64,000 nt of DNA, taken from the NCBI GenBank assembly GCA_047495785.1, contig JBLDXI010000007.1, positions 4,030,001 through 4,094,000 on the forward strand. Reading direction: 5' to 3'. The translations under genes and the position numbers were made by a program. The notes under the pieces were generated by a model. The model was not told the origin of the DNA, made no database searches, and worked only from the letters and a program-made list of their open reading frames with translations. The DNA comes from Lepidodermella squamata (taxonomy: Eukaryota; Animalia; Gastrotricha). Shown here in pieces: positions 1 to 9,488 of the stretch. Position 1 is the stretch's first letter, and each line of letters opens with the position of its first letter.

Positions 1-465
1 ACTACTACAACTACGACGACCACGACCACAAGGCCCACAACAACCACTACTACCCCTCCCCCAGCTCCACCACCTGTTATTACGCAGATAATCTACATCA
101 CGCAGACAGCAGCGCCCCCTCAGATCATCTACGTTCCAGTCCCAGCCGGGCCGCCTCAAATCATTTACGTTACGCAAACTGCCGCTCCTCCCGTTATACA
201 GGTCGTAACAGCTCCAGGAATACCTCCCCCGCAACCTCCGCCCCCTCCTCCACCTCCACCTCCAACAACTCGCATGGCTACGACTACGAAGTACAAAGTG
301 AGTGGTGGTTACTACTCGGATGGCTCGGTGGATGAAGGCTATTCAGACGTTTGGTGGATCATTGTTGTAGTCATCATCGTGTTGGGAATAATTGTAGCTG
401 CTGTGCTTATTCCATACTTCTGTTCGCCAAGCTGTGCAGGATATGCTCAGTGTCAAAGAGCCTAG
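1..465 (+). CDS. 3' part of a Thr/Pro-rich (mucin-like) single-pass membrane protein; 5' end outside window
   Basis: Frame 1 is open from base 1 to TAG 463-465: poly-Thr, repeated PPQIIY(V/I) motifs, poly-Pro, then hydrophobic WWIIVVVIIVLGIIVAAVLIPYF and a short Cys-containing tail. Confidence 0.75.
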   Translation, partial: TTTTTTTTTTRPTTTTTTPPPAPPPVITQIIYITQTAAPPQIIYVPVPAGPPQIIYVTQTAAPPVIQVVTAPGIPPPQPPPPPPPPPPTTRMATTTKYKVSGGYYSDGSVDEGYSDVWWIIVVVIIVLGIIVAAVLIPYFCSPSCAGYAQCQRA

Positions 466-807
466 CCGAACAATTTTTTGAGTGATTTTTGCAAGTAAAT
501 TCCGGTGATTTTTATATCGTATGTTTTTCAAGCAATGCCATAAAACTGCTACGAAAAATGCCCAAGCAAGATTTACAATGTTCATGCTCCAACAATACAT
601 ATCATTTTATTCATAAGGCTTTTAAAAAAATAAGAAAAATTTCGAAATGCTACAAATATAGAGATCACAGCTGCAGTAAAAATTGCATAATATAATAACG
701 CAAAACCGGAATTTGGCAAAGTTATCACAATCGGTATATGAGTAAACACAACGGATATTTCATGGATTGTAAAAGAAGTATAAAGCTGACCAGCAATTTT
801 CTCAATC

Positions 808-3479
808 TCACTCACTCGATGAATTCACCTGCAAAAATAACTGAATGAATAGCCTCCAGGTTTTCACTAGGGAAGTGACTTACCGAATTTTCCTTTGCGC
901 ATGGGCACAAGGTGCGCTTGCAGGAATCTTTCAGCGTTCGCTTGTTGTGCTTCTTAGGATTCGACGATGGCAAGCAGTTTCTCGCAAAAATTTGAGTAAG
1001 CACTAGGCAAAGAGCCACGAAAACCACCGCAACAATCGCGACCACCCACCAGTAAGCTACCAGCCACTGAGCTGCAGTTTGCGGCGCTTTCTCGCCCGAA
1101 AGAAGGGCGAAAAGTGAAGCGAGAGGTCCCTGCGAATTGACATTACGGCACTTGTGGAAAACATCGCAGAACCCTTTGAAGTTATTGCAGGGAGAACCAG
1201 AGCCTAGAACAACAGGCTGGCCTTTAGTAGTCCCATTTTGCGAAAAGCCCTGCAAAAACGCGTAGAAAGCTGCGTCGTCACTTGACGATTTAACGTTCAC
1301 AGAATTTATGCATGTATCAGAACCAGGCGGCTTGCAGGCGAGGTAGCAGTACTTATCGAAGCTTTTCTCGTCATCTGGAATAGTTTCCTGGCAACTCTCG
1401 TACGAAACGCCAGCTGAATTTTTTATCAACGCGCAAAGGGGTAGCGAACATTCCCCCTTGGAGCAAACTTTCGAATTTTCGTAGCAGAAGGTTCCATCGG
1501 GCTTGTTGCTCGACGTAGGGCATGACGCCGAGTTGGACGTACAGTAAGTAGCATCCGAGCATTCGCCAGCTGGTCGACATTGCACAGCAGCTGCGGCGGA
1601 TGCCGAGAAAAGTGAGCAAGTGCTTGAGTCGCAGCAAACGCCGTTACTGGGCGAACATTTCGCGTTGTCTTTCAGCGTGCAAGCCTTGGCGGCATCTGCA
1701 GGCCAACAGCAGTTATCGCCGGCAGCTGTACAGTCATCGGTGAAGCCGCAATCGCATATTTCCCCCTCTTCTACAATTCCGTTGCCGCATTGAGGAGCGC
1801 TGGCTGTTAGGAAACAGTTTTTCTTGTTCGAATTCGCCTCGGTCATAACTGCCTTCAAATTCGGCGCGATTGAGCTGTTTGAGCACGAAGAGAATCTCTT
1901 GTTATTCGGCCGATCTCCTGGCGTAACATAAGGGTACATAATGAAGTTCCCGGTATCGCCTCCAGGCTGGCATTCAGTTTTGTCGTGCTAGAAATTGAAA
2001 AATTAGTCGACCATTAATGAGCCTAAATCAATATTACCGGCGAGCCGAAGTTATGCCCAATTTCATGGGCAAACGTAAGGATTAAGCTGCTAACTGCAGA
2101 TCGCTTTCCGTAGTTGTTCGAGGTGACGATTCCTGTGTTGTAGCTGACGTCTTTGCCATTGATCGTCGCCCATTTCTGACAGACTCCGCCTGCGTATGAG
2201 CTTGGGTAGCCGACCCACGCAAGGCCTTGAACACCCTCGCTAAACTGCCGATGAGTCATAAGGTAAGCGAGGCAAAATTTGTCGTGGTTCAATTTAGAGT
2301 TGATGTTCAAAAACTCGGCTGAGTCAATGTTATCGCGACAGAGATCTGCGGTTGGTGACGTATTCTTCCCGTCACAGATCGTTTTAGTTGTATAGATCTA
2401 CAATTATTTCATCAAATAAAATATCCTGAGTAATGAAGAATGCAAACGAACCGCCGTCCTTGCGATTCTGAATTGATAATTCTTGAACAGTCCAGCGTCG
2501 CTCGATTCAAACGCATTTTTCGCATATACATCGTTAACGCCTTGGATAATTTGAGCGAAATATTTGAGCAGGCCTGTCCGAGCTTTGGTTTCATCCTGAA
2601 ATTTATCAAATTGTCAAGAAAAGTTAAGAAATCACCACGTGACAGGCCTTGTTATAGTCTGAGAGGAAAAGGTCCCATAACTTTGGATCTGCTTGCATAA
2701 AAACGTTGCAAATTTTAGGCGCGTCTGTACTAGCACTTGATGCTGCGGCCGTTCCAGAATCAACTGCGCGTTTTACTCGACTTGTAGGCTTGTCAACGTG
2801 TATTGGAGGTGGGTGATTTGGGTAAACCTCACTGGACACAAGTTTCAGCAGCTGCTCCCTGACTTTTTTGCTATGCCATCCACACATACCAAGCCCATGG
2901 TCCTCTTCTTCATCAGTTACTTTGGCTGATCGTTTAGATCGCTCTGTTTTAGAGCTGTGCTCATGGGGTGATTTGTGTGAGCTGTATATGATGTAGCAAA
3001 ACCGGAAATCGTGGCTGCAGAAGTCCTTGCCGAAGAGCCATTTTCCGTTTTCAATATTGTACGATTGCATGTGATTCAATGTTACAATTCCCTCAAATGC
3101 TCCGTCGTGTATTGAGCCAGAAACAGTTGAATCGGGATGATCTTTAGCAACACCTGTATACATGAACTCGGGACGGAATTTCTGTTCCAAAGGCCCGTCA
3201 GCAACTGCGTGGTCCTCGGTGAACACATTTTCCTCGTGTTTTCTCAATAGCAGCTCAAAAGAGCTGTTGTAATCAAGAACTCGAACGAAGACATGGACGA
3301 GGCCATCATTGTCAATCTCAATCTCTTGCCGCACCCGCTTGAAGTCCGGAGTCGATACAACTGCGAAAAAAATAATGGTTCAATATATCATAAACAACAT
3401 ATTCGAACCAGGTCATACCAAAGTTGAGGAGATAAGTGAGTAAACATATCGCAGTTGTAAGTCGAGCAACCACTGACAT
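808..3479 (-). CDS. ADAM10: ADAM10/Kuzbanian-like disintegrin and metalloprotease; exons 3479-3419, 3360-2636, 2595-2452, 2397-2038, 1987-884, 828-808
   Basis: Signal peptide MSVVARLTTAICLL, prodomain with Cys-switch (GMCG) and furin-like RVKR, zinc motif HEIGHNFGSP|HD, Met-turn FIMYP, disintegrin CGNGIVEEGEICDCG, GSPCNNFKGFCDVFHKCR, TM segment. All introns are GT-AG, 40-58 nt, and keep frame. The last mini-exon is less certain. Confidence 0.9.
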
Positions 3480-3754
3480 GACGTTTACACGGAAAAAACG
3501 TAAATAACCACGTAGGTATGTGATTTCTAGATAATCAAAAATCATATTTCAATTCTCTCTTGGTTTTCCACCATGTCACTAAATGTTAAAAGTCATTTCG
3601 AAGTAGATAAAGCATTGCTTTCCTGTTTCAATGACTTGATGGCAAGCATTTATTTGACGCACTAACATTCAAGAAAAGCACACAGTAAATTTTCATCATC
3701 CTCGCCCTTCCTGCAAAGAAGAATATAGAATCAGAAATACGGGCTAGGGAAGAC

Positions 3755-4000
3755 ATTGGTTTGAAGAGCTGCTGTCACTGCTGCCGTTGAATTAGGAATA
3801 AATAACGTGAGGGTAGTGTAAAAAGATTTATGGACAGGTACTCATATCATTGATTTAGCCTTCATTTCTAGCGATCTATTATGACAGTGTTTGATGGCAG
3901 ATGAGTAAACCTGTCATAGCTAGATTTCAGGGGCTAATTAAATGAACTGTCTTTCCAAGTCACCCAGAAGGAAGCAGGAAGCGTTGCCCGGTATCCATGG
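3755..4000. repeat. Left copy of 246-bp direct repeat flanking the LINE (putative very long target-site duplication)
   Basis: Base-for-base identical to 9036-9281 by visual alignment. Confidence 0.95.
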
Positions 4001-4166
4001 AATGGAATGGAATGGAATTTATTGCCGTGCCGGGACAATAATTGAATTATTAACAGACATAGAAAAAAGAAAAGAAAACACATATATTATGGATTATTGT
4101 ATCAGTTACGTGATAACCTAAACAAATGCAGTCAGCAGCTCGCAGATCTTATTTTTAATTGTTAGG

Positions 4167-7100
4167 TTAGGTTATTTTGCAAGATATGCTAAGGGCGAGT
4201 AATTCTTTTAAAGCGTAAACTAGGAGTTCGCGCTGATCGGGATGGTCTGTGTTCAGCAGATTGAACAGTTTTGACAGCTTCAGTTCATCGAAACCTGTGC
4301 GTGTACTGGCTCGGAAAGGCTTCATACTGCGGTCGGTCTTAGCACAGGACAGCATGATGTGAACGATTTGGTGCCAGCCCCTGCCCTTACCAGTGGTTAG
4401 CAGGGATTCGCTGCAGACGAGGCAAACGCCGGGTTTTAAGAATTGTGATGGTTTGAAGAGCGCGTCGCATCTGATGAGCAGTAACGTTTTTGCACATTCC
4501 AGTGGCAGATGAAGGTAGTAGGTAGCAGCCGAGTCGACAGGGCGATCAAAACTGAAGAACGGGTGAGACGAGCCGTAGTACTCACTTACTTCGCGCGAGA
4601 TTTCATTTTGGAATGCCATCTGGGTCTGCCGCTTCGCGAGATCGGTTTTTATATGGGCAGGAATGTCTGATTCGCTTAGATATTTCAGATCCAGTTTTCC
4701 GATCAGCTCGACAGCGCGGGAGCCCAGATTGCGTGGCACTTTTTTCATCCACAGCGCCGTTGTGTAGGCGTTGCCGAGCAGTGAGTCCGACGGAGCTTCA
4801 GCCATCCGAAAGTAGAAACGAATGGCGGCGAGTTGATGTGCCAGCTTTGGTGGAAGTAGGTTGAAGTCCTTCAGTAATAGGCTGTGCTTCGTCGGCGTTG
4901 GTAGCCCAAGACACCTTTTGGCGAACCGAGCGTGATCTTGAAGGTCTTTATTTCCTGCGAAAAGTCCCCAAATTTCTGCCCCATACGCGTAGGCGCCAAG
5001 CGCACAACCGTTATACAGGGAGCGCAAGGCGCTGGGAGGAAACGATCTGATGTTACTAAATAGCGATGGCAGGGCACCCACAGTACGATTTAGGCGGGTT
5101 CTAGCCTCTGTAACGGCCTTCTTATACAGCAGACGTGTGTCCAGCCAAACTCCTAGATACTTGAATTCATCAACGATCTCCAGTTTTTCACCGGCGTAGA
5201 AGAAGTCGTCTGATGAGCGAGATGGGATTTTTTGGAAGCGCATGATTTTCGTCTTCTGGATGTTCACTTTCAAGCCATTTTCAGTAGCGTAATTCTCGAG
5301 GGCTCGAAGGTAGCACTGGAGCTCGCTTGCGGATTCAGCGACGATAGCCACGTCATCCGCGTAGAGGATCGCTCTGAGTATTCTGTGGCCAAGCTGCAAG
5401 CCGCGGCCCCCAGTCTTCTCGAGGTATTCAAGCAGGTCATCAATGAAGATACTGAACAGCAGTGGGGAGAGAGGGTCACCTTGTTTGACGCCATTAGTTA
5501 CGGTGAACTCGTCACTGAAATCTCCATTCGAGTACACCCTAGCAGTGCATCCCGAGTACATGTCACCAACAACGGACAGGAAGGCCTCGGGTACGCCGCG
5601 CTTGCGTAGCTTTGCAAGCAAACGCGCGTGGCAGACGGTGTCAAAGGCTGAGCTGAAGTCGACAAAACAGCAATAAACACCGCCAGATAGACGCTCCAGG
5701 GCGTAAGCAGCAGCCATGTGCAGCACAGCGGTTGCGTCGATCGTAGAGCAGCCCGGCTTGAAGCCAAACTGTTCCTGCCGGAGAGGTGAGAAATCGTCCA
5801 GCCACTTCCGCAGTCGACGTTCGAGCAATCTGGAGAAGGCTTTTGCTACACAATTTTGCAAACATATTGGTCTGAAATTCGACACATCTGACCTTTCTCC
5901 CTTTTTGTAGATCGGGCATATAATGGCGCTTTTCCAGTTCGCAGGGAATTTTCCTTCGAAGAGAGCTCGGGTGAATAGCACTGAGAGGTAGGGCGCCAGC
6001 GTCTCCAGGTTTTCCTTGATGTCACAGAACGATAAACCGTCAGGACCTGCTGCAGAGCGGGAATTGCAGCTTTGGATACATTCGCGAACCTCATCGACGG
6101 AGACTGGGCCGGTCAGGGAAGCTTCTCGAGACTGGGGTGTTGTAGCAGTAGCAGGAGGATCCGATCTATATTTGCGCCATTGATAGTAGCCATTCACGTC
6201 CGACGTGTAGAAACGAGGTGGGCATAACCACGATTCCCAGTACCGCATGTCGCGTAGAGAGCTCAGCGTCACTGGAGATTCCCCTGATAGGACCCGCCAT
6301 CGCATTGCGAAGTCGTCAGGCCCAAGCTTGTACTTGAGTAGACCGCCCGCTGCAGCTGCCCATTGTGGCACCAGGGGGTGAAAAACGACAGGATTCTCGC
6401 TTCGAGTGATTGGGGGCAGGCGGGATATCACATTTTGAGAGAAGAGCTTGATTAGGTGTGCCCGATAGTCATTGGCAGGCGGACCAGTGCCGTCGGGTTC
6501 TCGGGCTTTCAATTTCCATATTTTGGTGGGGTTCCTGGAGAGCTCGTCGAAGGTCGCTTGGTCTTCCGCGGAAACCTTCGCCGAGTCGCCTAATTGGCGA
6601 AGTTCGAAGTTCTTTGGCCGGTAAGCAACCGATTTGTAGCCAGGCGGGAGCTTTCTCGAAGGCTTCACAGTGCACGCCTGGGTGATGCTTTGCAGGTGAT
6701 CAGCCATTTCCTGTGCTGTGTGTAGGGGGACGCAATTTAGCTCATGTATTAAGGAATTGTTAAGCTTATCTGTTTGCATGCGAAGTCTACTAGGGGGCTG
6801 CGAGCAGGGCCCGACTGCGATGCTTGCAGTTATGCGGGCATGGCCCATGCTCGCAGTACACCTTTTCACTTCGAATGCGCGTATTGATTGCGATAGGCTT
6901 ATCGAGGCAAGACCATAGTCGATCACCGAGGTGCCGATACTAGAGGAGTGAGTGAACTCTCCTTGAACATCGGGTGGATATCGGCCATTCAGGATATAAA
7001 GATTGTGCTGTTCGATGAACGAGAGGAAGTTGGCTTCATCGTGGCAATTTTGGTCGGCGCTGCGCCGTGGCGGGACACAGTTCGAGGTGACATCCGGGGT

Positions 7101-7739
7101 CTGGCCCACACGACAATTGAAATCTCCCAGTATCATCAGTTCAAATTTATCATCGTTGCAGTAAATGGTGTTCTCTAGCAGGTCATTCAGGTTATCAAAT
7201 ACCTCTCTGTGGGTTTGGTTGGTAGAGTCCGTTGGCACGTACGCAAAGATAGCATGGACCGTCGGTTGTTGGTGCCGCGGCAGAGTTACAATGCAGGTGT
7301 AATGGTTGATAAGCACGACTTCCACTGCTTGCTTGATTCCGTTTGATACATAAGCACTCATCCCACCAGATTTACGGCCGCCAGCGAGGCGGACGCCATC
7401 GGCTTCGTGTTTTTCGTACCCTTCGATCACAAGGTGCGGCGCTAGGCCGTGTGTTTCAGCAATAACAAGGATGTGGCAGCCTCCTATCGCGGCTCTGAGG
7501 TTTTCGGCGGAGAACGAGTAAGCACCGCCGATATTCAGGAAACCCACTGTGAGTATGTCGACTGGAATTCCTTGCGGATTATCATAATAAGAATTAGTAT
7601 ATACATTTTGTTTAGCCTTATCTGTTTTAGTGTGAAGCACTCGTGACCGGGGCATCATTGAAGATGTAGACGGCGGTTGATTGAACGGAGATGCCCCCGG
7701 TCCGGTAACTTCTTGCGCGTGGTAGTTGGTTAGCTTCAT
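4167..7739 (-). CDS. LINE ORF2: AP endonuclease + reverse transcriptase + C-terminal Cys/His motif
   Basis: EN motifs FLNIGG, IAETH, LGDFN, IDY. RT motifs FRPICL, QFGF, DFSSAFDTV, GVKQGDPLSPLLF, YADD, YLG. C-terminal CLVC...HIMLSC. Confidence 0.95.
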   Translation of the reverse strand: MKLTNYHAQEVTGPGASPFNQPPSTSSMMPRSRVLHTKTDKAKQNVYTNSYYDNPQGIPVDILTVGFLNIGGAYSFSAENLRAAIGGCHILVIAETHGLAPHLVIEGYEKHEADGVRLAGGRKSGGMSAYVSNGIKQAVEVVLINHYTCIVTLPRHQQPTVHAIFAYVPTDSTNQTHREVFDNLNDLLENTIYCNDDKFELMILGDFNCRVGQTPDVTSNCVPPRRSADQNCHDEANFLSFIEQHNLYILNGRYPPDVQGEFTHSSSIGTSVIDYGLASISLSQSIRAFEVKRCTASMGHARITASIAVGPCSQPPSRLRMQTDKLNNSLIHELNCVPLHTAQEMADHLQSITQACTVKPSRKLPPGYKSVAYRPKNFELRQLGDSAKVSAEDQATFDELSRNPTKIWKLKAREPDGTGPPANDYRAHLIKLFSQNVISRLPPITRSENPVVFHPLVPQWAAAAGGLLKYKLGPDDFAMRWRVLSGESPVTLSSLRDMRYWESWLCPPRFYTSDVNGYYQWRKYRSDPPATATTPQSREASLTGPVSVDEVRECIQSCNSRSAAGPDGLSFCDIKENLETLAPYLSVLFTRALFEGKFPANWKSAIICPIYKKGERSDVSNFRPICLQNCVAKAFSRLLERRLRKWLDDFSPLRQEQFGFKPGCSTIDATAVLHMAAAYALERLSGGVYCCFVDFSSAFDTVCHARLLAKLRKRGVPEAFLSVVGDMYSGCTARVYSNGDFSDEFTVTNGVKQGDPLSPLLFSIFIDDLLEYLEKTGGRGLQLGHRILRAILYADDVAIVAESASELQCYLRALENYATENGLKVNIQKTKIMRFQKIPSRSSDDFFYAGEKLEIVDEFKYLGVWLDTRLLYKKAVTEARTRLNRTVGALPSLFSNIRSFPPSALRSLYNGCALGAYAYGAEIWGLFAGNKDLQDHARFAKRCLGLPTPTKHSLLLKDFNLLPPKLAHQLAAIRFYFRMAEAPSDSLLGNAYTTALWMKKVPRNLGSRAVELIGKLDLKYLSESDIPAHIKTDLAKRQTQMAFQNEISREVSEYYGSSHPFFSFDRPVDSAATYYLHLPLECAKTLLLIRCDALFKPSQFLKPGVCLVCSESLLTTGKGRGWHQIVHIMLSCAKTDRSMKPFRASTRTGFDELKLSKLFNLLNTDHPDQRELLVYALKELLALSISCKIT

Positions 7740-7760
7740 ATGCTGCGAGCTGCGAGTATC

Positions 7761-8936
7761 CTAGGGTAGCGCTGCGCCGGCCGTTTTCGGCTGGCGTGGT
7801 CGTAGCGGCGCCAATGCAGGGAATTTTTCATCGAACTTCCCCAGGTCGGCTGTCACCTCGAAGATCCGGATGATTCCACCGATGAGGCGAGCTTCGAGAC
7901 GATTTGTAACCGTCATCCCTTTTACCGCTCGAAGGCGACTACCACGGATTTGGAAGTAGTCAGCATTTCCGGCTTTCTTCATGGCAATACCCCTGGTGTG
8001 CAGTTCTTGTGTGCGCCGTTGCTGGTCTACTGATAGCCATCGCCTGATTCCAAGAGGGGCTGTCAGGTTCTTTCGGATCGTTTCGATAGGAGCAGGGAGC
8101 TTAGCACCCAGCTTCATCTCGAGGAACACGTCCTGTCTTTGAGCTGCAGCGTCGTTTACGGCTGTCTGTTTAATACGACCACGACGACTGCACTTGAAAA
8201 TAGCGTCGAGAGGGGCTTGCAGCAGGTTAGCTATGTGGGTTTTCAGGCCCTGCTCGGTTTCGCCATCGGGTTTAGAGACGTTCTGAATAACGTAGAGACC
8301 TTCACAGCGTTCTTTGTCTTCAGATACGATGTCACCGCATGTTTTGCCCATGAAAGCAGAGAAATCTCGTCGGAAACTTTCGAGGTCCTGGTGGCAGTTT
8401 GAAGCCAATCTCGCAACGTCTGCGAAGGATGGCGTCAGGGATTGCAAACCGGGGTCTCTCGTCGCGGTCTGGCTGGGGCACTTCAACTCATCGATAGCGG
8501 TTTTGCACGCTGCTATGTCAGTGTTCAAATTGGCAAGCTGGGCGGTCAGCATTTCGTGGATTTCGCTGGCTTCCTTTACTGCGATGTTTTGAAGCTCGCC
8601 TTTCAAGGCAGCCAGCTGGTCCACGCTCGACTGCGATTGCGACATTGTTAGCATGCCGCCTTGTTGAAGGTCGGCGACCTTGCCGGGAAGTAGCTCATCG
8701 ATTAGCAGAGGGATCTTCTTCGCAATTACCGCGTCGACAGCTTGCATCATTGCCACAGGCAGGTCAGCAATCGCTTTCTCGATTTTAGACACGCGCACAT
8801 CCAATTCAGCACATGACCGGTTACCGAAACGACCACGGTGCCCTCGGAAAAGGTGGAATTCCTGCAGAAGGGTCTGGAGAACTGGGTCACCGTAGTCATG
8901 AGGCTCCCATGCGTCGTCTGGCTTGGAGCTTGTCAT
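7761..8936 (-). CDS. LINE ORF1 (coiled-coil + RRM-like region)
   Basis: 391 aa ORF ending 21 nt upstream of ORF2, heptad-rich helices, then a LYVIQNV..ET..L..I..LL...RRG..IRRWLS pattern resembling L1/CR1-type ORF1. Confidence 0.8.
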   Translation of the reverse strand: MTSSKPDDAWEPHDYGDPVLQTLLQEFHLFRGHRGRFGNRSCAELDVRVSKIEKAIADLPVAMMQAVDAVIAKKIPLLIDELLPGKVADLQQGGMLTMSQSQSSVDQLAALKGELQNIAVKEASEIHEMLTAQLANLNTDIAACKTAIDELKCPSQTATRDPGLQSLTPSFADVARLASNCHQDLESFRRDFSAFMGKTCGDIVSEDKERCEGLYVIQNVSKPDGETEQGLKTHIANLLQAPLDAIFKCSRRGRIKQTAVNDAAAQRQDVFLEMKLGAKLPAPIETIRKNLTAPLGIRRWLSVDQQRRTQELHTRGIAMKKAGNADYFQIRGSRLRAVKGMTVTNRLEARLIGGIIRIFEVTADLGKFDEKFPALAPLRPRQPKTAGAALP

Positions 8937-9035
8937 CTCAAAGTAATGTGTAAAATCACTACGGAAACAAAAAACACGGCGGGGACTCGGCGACGACGTC
9001 TCCCGCCTCAGAAAATTTAATATTCAATCGCAGAT

Positions 9036-9281
9036 ATTGGTTTGAAGAGCTGCTGTCACTGCTGCCGTTGAATTAGGAATAAATAACGTGAGGGTAGTGT
9101 AAAAAGATTTATGGACAGGTACTCATATCATTGATTTAGCCTTCATTTCTAGCGATCTATTATGACAGTGTTTGATGGCAGATGAGTAAACCTGTCATAG
9201 CTAGATTTCAGGGGCTAATTAAATGAACTGTCTTTCCAAGTCACCCAGAAGGAAGCAGGAAGCGTTGCCCGGTATCCATGG
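9036..9281. repeat. Right copy of 246-bp direct repeat
   Basis: Identical to 3755-4000. Confidence 0.95.
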
Positions 9282-9488
9282 CGACGTCAAATTACATTTT
9301 TTTCTGAATGAATCTAAATTACGTTAGTGTAATTTACACTTCAGTTCAGGTAATTTAAAAAATAAAATTACTGATCGTCACCTTTGCGAAACACCGCGCT
9401 TTGTTTTTGGTGAGATGTGAGTGGCCTGGATCCAGTTGGCAACTGCTCCCTTTTCTGAACGTGTTTGTGCAGTTTACGCCCCCTACGC

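Larger units (their letters stand above)
4001..9035 (-). mobile_element. Full-length non-LTR retrotransposon (APE-type LINE, CR1/L2-group-like), apparently intact
   Basis: Two uninterrupted ORFs; 3' end AATAAA followed by a (TTCCA)n tail at about 4001-4023; bounded by identical direct repeats. The clade is inferred from the microsatellite tail and ORF1 type. Confidence 0.92.

Noticed and set aside
582-815. Hydrophobic 77-aa ORF after ADAM10
   Set aside because: Lies in the AT-rich 3' UTR region between convergent genes, has no ATG start and no recognisable motif.
9243-9281. Minus-strand ATG in strong Kozak context (GTCGCCATGG), MDTGQRFLLPSG-TGA; considered a small gene or selenoprotein
   Set aside because: Stops early in all spliced and read-through frames I tried; no SECIS geometry found.
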